Virus record (IMG/VR): IMGVR_UViG_3300009694_000018
Strand: one strand, 5' to 3'
Source of the DNA: an uncultured virus (IMG/VR IMGVR_UViG_3300009694_000018)
Lineage: Duplodnaviria; Heunggongvirae; Uroviricota; Caudoviricetes
Length of the DNA stretch: 26,970 bases
Shown here: piece by piece, positions 18,678 to 26,772 of the stretch
Layout: the number at the start of each line of letters is the position of its first letter
Numbering within the stretch: position 1 is the first letter of the stretch
Program-made: the position numbers and the translations under genes
Notes under the pieces: generated by a model
What the model was told of the DNA's origin: nothing
Seen by the model: the letters and a program-made list of their open reading frames with translations, nothing else
The model's database searches: none

Positions 18678-18950
18678 ATGGAAGTTAGTATATCAATTGT
18701 TGATTATGTAGGAAAAATTAAAGATGGAGTGGCTATACTTCTATCAATAAATATTGAAGATATTATTTATCAAATGGTATTTTGGTTTAATAAATACGGA
18801 AAATATGTTCTTACACCAGATGATAAACTTCTTAAATTATTAAATATCAATTCTATTTATGAATATGAACATTTAGAAGATTTATTGAAAAAAATATTCA
18901 TGACTATTCCTCCAGTAAATGAATTATTCAAAAAATTTGAAATAGTATGA
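18678..18950 (+). CDS. Hypothetical protein
   Basis: Start MEVSISIV at 18678 preferred because 18594 overlaps the gp25-like gene and the promoter. Confidence 0.7.
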   Translation: MEVSISIVDYVGKIKDGVAILLSINIEDIIYQMVFWFNKYGKYVLTPDDKLLKLLNINSIYEYEHLEDLLKKIFMTIPPVNELFKKFEIV

Positions 18951-19138
18951 TAACCAAGTTTAAATTATTCGAATCATTCGATAATGTTATTCAAGATTCA
19001 TATAATGATTATATGAAATTACAATCAGACGAATTATCTGATTGGTTAGAAAGATTTAAAGACGAAAAAATCGTGTTAGACGTATTACCAAAGATAATTA
19101 TTAACGAAGAAGATCCTTATGGTGAAGAGCAGTGGTAA
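18947..19138 (+). CDS. Small protein with MITKFKLFESF leader and C-terminal EEDPYGEEQW
   Basis: 63 aa; ATGA overlap with the upstream gene; carries both recurrent motifs. Confidence 0.8.
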   Translation: MITKFKLFESFDNVIQDSYNDYMKLQSDELSDWLERFKDEKIVLDVLPKIIINEEDPYGEEQW

Positions 19139-19175
19139 TTTGAAATTTTCAAAAATTGAATAGAATTAAAGAATC

Positions 19176-20213
19176 CTAATATATTATCGAAACATTTTTT
19201 TCAAAATTAGTTAAAATATATTTCCCTTCATCGTTTCTAGTAACATAATCTAATCTCAGAGGAATTTTACCTATTTCAGTGTCTATTATAAATTCCGGAA
19301 TGGCTAATCCACTATTCAGTCCTATCAATTGTTTCATGATATTTATCATAGTATCCAAATCGCATCTAAAATGAGAACCTCCTTTTATCTTATCCATTTG
19401 ATATAAATAATATGGTCTTATACCATTCTTTAAAAGTTCGTAGAATAATTCTTTTAAGATATTAGGATCATCATTTATCCCTTTTAATAAAACAGTTTGA
19501 CTTCCCAATATACATCCAACATCTCTTAATTTTTTACACGCTTCTATACATTCTTTAGTTAATTCTTCTTTTCTCGTGAAATGTATATTAATATATATTG
19601 GTGCATATATTTTTAAAATATCTATTAGAGATTGATTAATTCTACTCGGAAGAACAACAGGCATTTTAGTCCCTATTCTTATTATACCAACATGGTCAAT
19701 TTTTTTAAGTTCTCCTAAAATGTAATCCAATTTTTTATTACTCAATATCATTGGATCGCCGCCTGATATAAGAACATCTTGGATTTGTTTATTATTTTTG
19801 ATATAACTAATCGCATCATCCCATTGTTCTTTTTTAAAACTTTTTTTATCAACCATTCTAGAACGCGTACAATATCTACAATAACTAGAACACTGTGAAG
19901 TACACAAAAATAACACACGATTCTGGTATTTATGTATAATACAATCAGTCTTTTTATACTCATCTTCGTCTAGAGGATCCTCATATTCAATATCATTTAC
20001 TTCTTGTTCATAAATAGTAGGAACTACAGTTCTTCTTAATTCTGGATATTTTTTTATTAATTCTAAATAATAATTTGTTATTTTAACCGGTAGATTAGAT
20101 ATATTTGTTATATTTTCTTTTTCTGTTAATTTTAATTTATCTTTTAATTGATGCATATTCTTAATTGAATTAGCAATCTGTGAACGCCAAACATCATCAT
20201 CGTTTGTTTTCAT
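19176..20213 (-). CDS. kamA: KamA-family radical SAM aminomutase (lysine 2,3-aminomutase/EpmB-like)
   Basis: DPLDE, HKYxNRVL, CSSYCRYCTR, SGGDP, QTVLLKGIND, PYYL and GKIPL motifs. Confidence 0.92.
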   Translation of the reverse strand: MKTNDDDVWRSQIANSIKNMHQLKDKLKLTEKENITNISNLPVKITNYYLELIKKYPELRRTVVPTIYEQEVNDIEYEDPLDEDEYKKTDCIIHKYQNRVLFLCTSQCSSYCRYCTRSRMVDKKSFKKEQWDDAISYIKNNKQIQDVLISGGDPMILSNKKLDYILGELKKIDHVGIIRIGTKMPVVLPSRINQSLIDILKIYAPIYINIHFTRKEELTKECIEACKKLRDVGCILGSQTVLLKGINDDPNILKELFYELLKNGIRPYYLYQMDKIKGGSHFRCDLDTMINIMKQLIGLNSGLAIPEFIIDTEIGKIPLRLDYVTRNDEGKYILTNFEKNVSIIY

Positions 20214-20384
20214 TTCTATGTGTCCAACTCTCCTTTCATTTAATTTTATTAATGTTTCGGAATTATATCCGAAAAAATTTAAAAGTTTAGAATATATATC
20301 ATATTTTTTTATTCATTTTTTTCAATTTTTATTGAAAAAAATTCTAATTCTTTTTATTTTTATGATGTTTCATAAAAAGATATA

Positions 20385-20415
20385 AAAAAGATCAAAAATA
20401 TTTTTTGATCTTTTT
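20385..20415 (-). terminator. Intrinsic terminator-like hairpin
   Basis: AAAAAGATCAAAAA-TAT-TTTTTGATCTTTTT downstream of 20440..21018. Confidence 0.55.
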
Positions 20416-20439
20416 AATTATTTCTTTAAGTCTTGCTAT

Positions 20440-21018
20440 TCAATGATGTTTAGAAATCCATCGTCCTTCTTTATCTACGTTTTTCATAAAATCATCGTAC
20501 ATTTCTTTTTCTCTCTGTTTTATAACGTCTTTATATTTTTTTGCTAATCCCATATAATTTTTTTTAGCATCTTCATCTTTTGTTTTGCTAGCTTTATGTT
20601 CGTAATTAGCTACAATATATCTCAAATCACTAGTTGATATTGTTTCTATTCTAAGATTTTCAGCTTCTATTTTGTCTCTCATTGTGGTCAATTTTTTAGG
20701 TTTGACTGTTTCATTACTTTTTTCAAAATTTTTAAAATTATGTAATATTTTTTCTTCAACAGGATTATCTTTTTCATAATAAATTCTATCCATCAGAATT
20801 CTGTAAAAAAGCATGTCATATACGTATGTATCAAAAGGAATTGGATATTTACGATCTTTATAAGTATACTCAATATCACGCATAAGATGTAAGAGATTTT
20901 TAAAATTTTTATGTCTTAAAAAATGTTTTCTTATATCAACAGACGATATACCCTTTTTTCTATATATATCTACAACGTTTTTTAATCTGTCGTATATTTC
21001 AATTTCCATGTCTGTCAT
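20440..21018 (-). CDS. Hypothetical protein with internal ILHNFKNFE motif
   Basis: 192-aa ORF with TAATATATA at 21040-21048. Confidence 0.75.
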   Translation of the reverse strand: MTDMEIEIYDRLKNVVDIYRKKGISSVDIRKHFLRHKNFKNLLHLMRDIEYTYKDRKYPIPFDTYVYDMLFYRILMDRIYYEKDNPVEEKILHNFKNFEKSNETVKPKKLTTMRDKIEAENLRIETISTSDLRYIVANYEHKASKTKDEDAKKNYMGLAKKYKDVIKQREKEMYDDFMKNVDKEGRWISKHH

Positions 21019-21080
21019 TTTTAGTGGTCAAATTTATTTTATATATTAAACTTTATTTTTCAAAAAATATACAATTATTT

Positions 21081-22596
21081 ATGTTAAAATATGAAACCAC
21101 ATTAGTATCGATTTCAAATAGAAATAAATCTTATTATGAAAAACTAGGATATCTTATTGATGACAACAAGATCATAATTAAGACAGTAGATTTACCAATT
21201 AATTTCTCATTTAAAAATTGATGTCGTATGTGATAGGTGTAAAAAAGAATATTCTTTAATGTACGCCAAATATTGCCAAAATATGTCACATTATGGTTTT
21301 TTTACTTGCAAGAAATGTTCAATTGAAAAAAAGAAAATAACCAATTTAGAAAAATTTGGTGTGGATAATTACGCTAAACTAAAAGGATATGGGAATATTG
21401 TTAAAAGAATAAATAAAGATAAATATGGTAGTGAAAATTATAACAATATAGAAAAACATAAAAAAACATGTTTAGAAAAATATGGAGTTGAATTTTTTCT
21501 ATCTACTAATAATTTCAAAGAAAAATATAAAGAAAAAAGAGACAATATTTATAAAAAAAATTTATTAAAAAAATTAAAATGTGATGGTGTTATAGATATA
21601 GACGATAATTATAATTATATTATGATTTGCGATAAAGGTCATCAATTTAAAATTGATTCAGAAACTCTAAAAAACAGAAAAAGAAAAAATAAAGAAACTG
21701 TTATATGTACATGTTGTAATCCTGTGGGATCTCATTCCCAAAGTGGACAAGAAATAATGCTAAAAGAATTTATAAAAAATCATTATAATGGTGTTATTTT
21801 GACAAACGATAAAAAAATAGGAAAAGAAATTGATATTTATTTACCGGAACTAAATATAGGATTTGAATTTAATGGCACTTATTGGCATAATGAGTTATAT
21901 AAAAATAAAAATTATCATTTAGAAAAAACAAATTTAGCCGAAAAAGATAAAATTAAGTTAATACACATATATCAAGATGAATGGATTTATAAACAAGAAA
22001 TCGTTAAATCAAGAATATTAAATTTACTAGGAAAATCAAAAAAAATATACGCTAGAAAATGTGAAATAATAGATATTTCGGATAATAAAAAATCTAGAGA
22101 TTTTTTGGAAAAAAATCATTTACAGGGATATATTTCATCTAAAATAAAAATAGGACTGCTTTATGAAAATAAATTGGTTTCTTTAATGACGTTTGGGAAA
22201 TTAAGAAAATCAATGGGTCAAAAGTCGATTGATGGTTCCTATGAAATGATTAGATTTTGTAATGAATTAAACACAACAGTTATAGGTGGCGCTAGTAAAT
22301 TATTTAAATATTTCATTAAAAAATACGTACCCAAAGAAATAATAAGTTATGCAGATAGATCTTGGAGCCAGGGAATTTTATACGAAAAATTGGGATTTAC
22401 TATGATTCATAAAACTCAACCGAATTATTATTATGTTATTGACGGTATAAGATATCACAGATTTAATTTCAGAAAAGATAAACTAGTAAAAGATGGATAC
22501 GATATTAATGAAACTGAACACGAAATAATGTTAAAACGCAAAATCTATAGAATATACGATAGCGGTTCAATTAAATATGTTTTTAAAACAAATTAA
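21081..22596 (+). CDS. Hef-like homing endonuclease (EKYGV repeats + Vsr/DUF559-like nuclease + GNAT-like C-terminal domain), with a frameshift near 21204
   Basis: EIDIYLPELNIGFEFNGTYWH; IYARKC...NHLQG...GGASKL...SYADRSWSQG. Removing one T at 21203-21205 joins MLKYET...DLPIN to SHLKIDVVCDRCKKEYSLMYAKY (ORF 21259). Confidence 0.85.
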
Positions 22597-22632
22597 AATT
22601 AAATAGTTATAATAGATAAAAATTCTTATTTA

Positions 22633-23727
22633 ATGTCAGATATCGCTTTAATCAATAGAACATATAACGATACTATAAAAAGAGCAGATCAATGTTGTAA
22701 AAGTAAAGAATATGATCAAGCACTAGGACTTTATAATAAAGCGGTCGAATTAAAACCAGAACTAGAATATTCTAAGAAACAAATAGTCAAATTAAAAAAC
22801 ATAATAGATCTCAAATATAAAATATCAGAGAAATCTGCATTATATTCATATAACAAAGCTTTACAATTGGCGCTCAAAACTGTACTGAATGCGACATATG
22901 GAGCGTTTGCGAATAAATATTTTGTTTTATCGAATGCTAAAATTGCTAATGCTATTACAGCAATGGGAAGAGATCTCATTAGATACATGGTAATACGTAC
23001 AGAAGATTATTTTTATAACGATTGGGCAAAAGATGTTGAAATGCAAAAACTTCTCGGTATTGAATATATTGCCACTAAAGACAATAAATACTATTTTTTA
23101 AATAAAGAATATAAAAATATAGATAGACCTTATCCTTTTTTTAATAATGGTGAACTTGGTGATATCCTTTTATCTAGAAAAATAAAATTAGATAAGTTAA
23201 AAAAAATAGAAGGGAATGTTAATGATTTCGAATTATTATACGAATATAAAATATTTGATTTTAATGGTGTTAAAACATTAGACGATAATCCAAAATGGGA
23301 AAAAGATCCAGAAACTAATGCCACTTTTTACAAGGGCAATAATCCAATTTCTATGTACTGTGATACGGATTCAGTTGATTCTAGTTCAATCGTAGTCACA
23401 AACGATAAAATATCAAGTATTGAAGATTTTTATAACAGAAACATAATAAATGGTAGTGCTGGAAATACTTTAATGGGTCATAATAGTGTCCATACTAAAG
23501 AAAAGGTTTTAAATTGGACAGAAGAAAATGGATTATATTATGCGCCAGTTAAAAGAATTATAAGACATGAGGTGACTAAACCTAAATGGAAATTAAAAAC
23601 AAAATCTGGTAAAGAAATAATTGTTACAAATGATCATTCGATGATAGTTTTTAGAAACGGTGAAAAAATAGAAGTAAAACCTTGTGATATTCTAAAAACA
23701 GATAAAATATTAGTTATAAAATATTAA
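22633..23727 (+). CDS. polB: Family B DNA polymerase fragment (fingers/palm: region III and region I) fused to the N-terminal half of a split intein
   Basis: QLALKTVLNATYG, ITAMGR and YCDTD, then intein block A SVDSSS and block B KSGKEIIVTNDHS. Confidence 0.92.
   Translation: MSDIALINRTYNDTIKRADQCCKSKEYDQALGLYNKAVELKPELEYSKKQIVKLKNIIDLKYKISEKSALYSYNKALQLALKTVLNATYGAFANKYFVLSNAKIANAITAMGRDLIRYMVIRTEDYFYNDWAKDVEMQKLLGIEYIATKDNKYYFLNKEYKNIDRPYPFFNNGELGDILLSRKIKLDKLKKIEGNVNDFELLYEYKIFDFNGVKTLDDNPKWEKDPETNATFYKGNNPISMYCDTDSVDSSSIVVTNDKISSIEDFYNRNIINGSAGNTLMGHNSVHTKEKVLNWTEENGLYYAPVKRIIRHEVTKPKWKLKTKSGKEIIVTNDHSMIVFRNGEKIEVKPCDILKTDKILVIKY
23371..23724 (+). mobile_element. Split intein, N-half (118 aa, Ser1)
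   Basis: Begins immediately after DTD; TxxH block B motif; ends at a stop codon. Confidence 0.9.
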
Positions 23728-23750
23728 TATGTAGTTTTGGAGGATATATA

Positions 23751-24830
23751 ATGTATAATACTGAAAAATTTATAAAAATAGCGGATAATATTCATAAGAA
23801 TAAATATGATTATTCTTTAGTTGATTATATAAACTCTAAAACTAGAGTTAAAATAATATGTCATATTCATGGTATTTTCGAACAAAAACCAGTATCTCAT
23901 CTTCGTGGTAGGGGATGTCCATTCTGTGGTGGATCTTTAAAAAAAAACAAGGATGATTTCATTAAAAAATCAAAATTAATACACGGTGATAAATACGATT
24001 ATTCATTGGTTGAATATAAAAGTTCTATAGATAAAGTAAAAATAATTTGTCCAACTCATGGTAGTTTTTATCAGCAGGCATATAATCATACAAAAGGACA
24101 CGGTTGTGTAAAATGCATGGGTGAAAAAAGTAAAAAAACCAACGATGAATTTATTAAAGAATCTAAATTAATACACGGTGATAAATATGATTATTCTTTA
24201 GTTGATTATATAGACTCTAAAACTAAAGTTAAAATAATATGTAAATTACATGGCGTTTTTGAACAAACGCCAAGAAATCATTTGTCTGGTCAAGGATGTA
24301 GAGAATGTAAAATAAATGACAGTAAACTTAATTTATTTGATTTTATCAGAAGGTCAAATATTATACATGATTTCTATTATGATTATAATAAAGTTCAATA
24401 TATTAATAATTATACCAAGGTTATAATAATATGTCCAAAACACGGTGAATTTCAACAAATTCCTAATTTTCATTTACTTGGTCAAGGATGTCCATCTTGT
24501 AAAAAAAGTATAATGGAGAATAAAATAAGTGAACTTTTGAAATCAAAAAATGTTATTTTTAATAGACAAAAAATTTTTGAAAAATGTAAAAATATAAATT
24601 ATTTACCTTTTGATTTTTTTCTTCCAGAATATAATCTAGTTATAGAATATAACGGCAAACAACACTACGAACCTATAAAATGGTTTGGTGGTGAAGAAAC
24701 TCTTTTTTATATTAAAAACAATGACGAAATAAAAAAGAAATTTTGCATTGAAAATAATATTAATTATGTCGAAATTTCATATAAAGAAAATAATAAAATA
24801 AAAAATATAATAGATGGAATATTACTTTGA
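23751..24830 (+). CDS. Free-standing homing endonuclease (four KYDYS...CxxHG...GCxxC repeats, DUF723-like, plus Vsr-like nuclease)
   Basis: Four Zn-binding repeats; LPFDFFLPEYNLVIEYNGKQHY; lies between the intein halves. Confidence 0.88.
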   Translation: MYNTEKFIKIADNIHKNKYDYSLVDYINSKTRVKIICHIHGIFEQKPVSHLRGRGCPFCGGSLKKNKDDFIKKSKLIHGDKYDYSLVEYKSSIDKVKIICPTHGSFYQQAYNHTKGHGCVKCMGEKSKKTNDEFIKESKLIHGDKYDYSLVDYIDSKTKVKIICKLHGVFEQTPRNHLSGQGCRECKINDSKLNLFDFIRRSNIIHDFYYDYNKVQYINNYTKVIIICPKHGEFQQIPNFHLLGQGCPSCKKSIMENKISELLKSKNVIFNRQKIFEKCKNINYLPFDFFLPEYNLVIEYNGKQHYEPIKWFGGEETLFYIKNNDEIKKKFCIENNINYVEISYKENNKIKNIIDGILL

Positions 24831-24942
24831 CGAAATAGATTCATGCGAACAAATTGGTTCGTTTGAAAATGAATATGTTTATGATATAGAAATGGACGAT
24901 GAAAGTCATACTTTTATATCTAATGATATACTTGTACATAAT
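24814..24942 (+). mobile_element. Split intein, C-half (43 aa)
   Basis: Block F EYVYDIEM...HTF and block G NDILVHN followed by Ser+1. Confidence 0.92.
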
Positions 24943-25902
24943 TCTTATTATATGTCTTATAAACCATTAATAGAATCATGTAATTATAAAGAAGACGAAT
25001 TAGAATTTATATTACATTTTGATAAAGTAATTATGAAGAAACTTCACCATAAATTCCTGGACGAGTATTCAAAAAGATTTGGAGTTGAAAATAAACAAGA
25101 TTTCGAACTAGAAACTATAAGTAATTCTATTCTTTTCTTCGAGAAAAAGAATTATCTTAAAAATATAGTTTATGAAGATGGTATTTTCTTTGAACCATTA
25201 TCTTATTTTTCACCGTCTGGAATTAAGATTGTTAGAAGTGAAACTCCTCCTTTTGTGAGAGGAAAAGATCAAAAAGGAGGCATTTGGGAATTCATAAAAT
25301 ATTTGTTCTCAAATGCTGATAATCTTAATATTAAAGACATATTAAAAATTGTTAAACAAATTAGAAAAGAATTTGATTTAGAAGATGTCGATAACATATC
25401 AAGTCAAACCAATTGTTCGAATTATCCAGATAAAATAGTCAATGACACGACTAATTTAGAAGCCGTTTTAGGTGCTCATTTTTCTATAAAAGCTGCTGGT
25501 TTATATAATTATTTATTGAACAAAAATTCAGAATTTAAAACCAAATATGATATGATACGGTCGGGTAAGATAAAATACTATTATTGTAAACATGATAAAA
25601 ATAATGTGTTCGGATATATCAGAGGCATGCATCCAATAGAAATAACAGATAAAGAAAAAGTTATATTTGATTATGACGCACAATTCGATAAGACCGTGTT
25701 GACTATTTGTAATAGTTTTTTAAAAGCCCTAGATTTACCAATGATTAATAAAAGATTGGGAGTGCTTGGATCATTATTTGACTTTAAATTAAAACAATCA
25801 AAGATTGAAGAAAATATTGAAGAAGGACCAGATGTTGGAATTTTATTCAATCGAATTGATGGTGAATTTGAAGAAGATGAAAAAGAATTCTTTAATGACT
25901 AA
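24814..25902 (+). CDS. polB: IntC fused to the C-terminal part of a family B DNA polymerase (palm/thumb)
   Basis: HN|SYYM, FELE, KKNY, GIKIVRSETP and KIKYYY motifs. Confidence 0.92.
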   Translation: MEYYFDEIDSCEQIGSFENEYVYDIEMDDESHTFISNDILVHNSYYMSYKPLIESCNYKEDELEFILHFDKVIMKKLHHKFLDEYSKRFGVENKQDFELETISNSILFFEKKNYLKNIVYEDGIFFEPLSYFSPSGIKIVRSETPPFVRGKDQKGGIWEFIKYLFSNADNLNIKDILKIVKQIRKEFDLEDVDNISSQTNCSNYPDKIVNDTTNLEAVLGAHFSIKAAGLYNYLLNKNSEFKTKYDMIRSGKIKYYYCKHDKNNVFGYIRGMHPIEITDKEKVIFDYDAQFDKTVLTICNSFLKALDLPMINKRLGVLGSLFDFKLKQSKIEENIEEGPDVGILFNRIDGEFEEDEKEFFND

Positions 25903-26075
25903 AAATAGATACTCTATTTGATTGATTGATTTTGGTACTTTAACTCCATATAAATATGTATTGAATTTCTTGTAAAAAAGAAAGATAACCGATCATTTTC
26001 GTAAAAATCAATATCGTGAATTAATATATATTATAAGATAGATACGCTAAAATTGAAACGATTTTATAATAATAT

Positions 26076-26771
26076 ATGAAAATGAACAATTTAATGAGTT
26101 TTAGATTATTTGAACAATTAAATAGATCGGATATTGATCCATACGGCGAGGAGGATTGGGATGACTATGATACTCCGATAATATGGTTAGCTAAAAAACA
26201 AAATAAACCATTAGATCAAATAATTGATTTATCTTGTTATCATAATCGGTTAACTAGTTTAGAAGGCATTGAACATTTAACGAATTTAAGAGAATTATAT
26301 TGTTCTAATAATGAATTAACTAGTTTAGATGGAATTGAACATTTAACGAATTTAGAATTATTACATTGTTCTAATAATCAATTAACTAGTTTAGAAGGAA
26401 TTGAACATTTAACGAATTTAAGAGAATTATATTGTCATTCTAATCAATTAACTAGTTTAGAAGGAATTGAACATTTAACTAATTTAAGATATTTACATTG
26501 TTCTAATAATCAATTAACTAGTTTAGAAGGTATTGAACATTTGACTAATTTAAAAACATTAATTTGTTATAATAATAGATTAACTAATTTAGAAGGCATT
26601 GAACATTTAACGAATTTAAAATCATTATATTGTTATAATAATCAATTAACTAATTTAGAAGGAATTGAACATTTAACGAATTTAGAAACATTATATTGTT
26701 CTAATAATAAATTTAATTTTATGTATAAATTTTATTTAAAAACACTAAAAATAAATGACTTAAAAATATAA
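26076..26771 (+). CDS. Leucine-rich repeat protein with FRLFE leader and DIDPYGEEDW motif
   Basis: Seven 22-aa LRR units encoded by 66-bp repeats. Confidence 0.93.
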   Translation: MKMNNLMSFRLFEQLNRSDIDPYGEEDWDDYDTPIIWLAKKQNKPLDQIIDLSCYHNRLTSLEGIEHLTNLRELYCSNNELTSLDGIEHLTNLELLHCSNNQLTSLEGIEHLTNLRELYCHSNQLTSLEGIEHLTNLRYLHCSNNQLTSLEGIEHLTNLKTLICYNNRLTNLEGIEHLTNLKSLYCYNNQLTNLEGIEHLTNLETLYCSNNKFNFMYKFYLKTLKINDLKI

Positions 26772-26772
26772 A

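Noticed and set aside
1967..20213. Pyrrolysine system (CUA tRNA plus lysine mutase)
   Set aside because: The tRNA has canonical D-loop GG and TTCGA, unlike tRNA-Pyl; the mutase is KamA-type, not PylB; no pylS, pylC or pylD seen
20215..20238. Tiny TAG-terminated upstream ORF (MKGELDT*) before kamA as an amber-controlled leader
   Set aside because: Out of frame with kamA and too short to distinguish from chance
21201..21221. Programmed frameshift in the Hef-like endonuclease
   Set aside because: No downstream stimulatory structure is evident; a one-base indel or sequencing error is simpler given the other indels in the window
3746..23324. Short shadow ORFs (3746, 5368, 8959, 10675, 11773, 12364, 14028, 15520, 16379, 16809, 17874, 19748, 22731, 23130)
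   Set aside because: They overlap better-supported genes (antisense, or out of frame for 19748) and have the F/L/I/S-rich composition typical of AT-rich shadow frames
26229..26710. 66-bp periodic repeats here and at ~1009-1470 resembling a CRISPR array
   Set aside because: The period is 22 codons in an open frame, the variable parts keep L-x-C-x-x-N, and there are no unique spacers or cas genes
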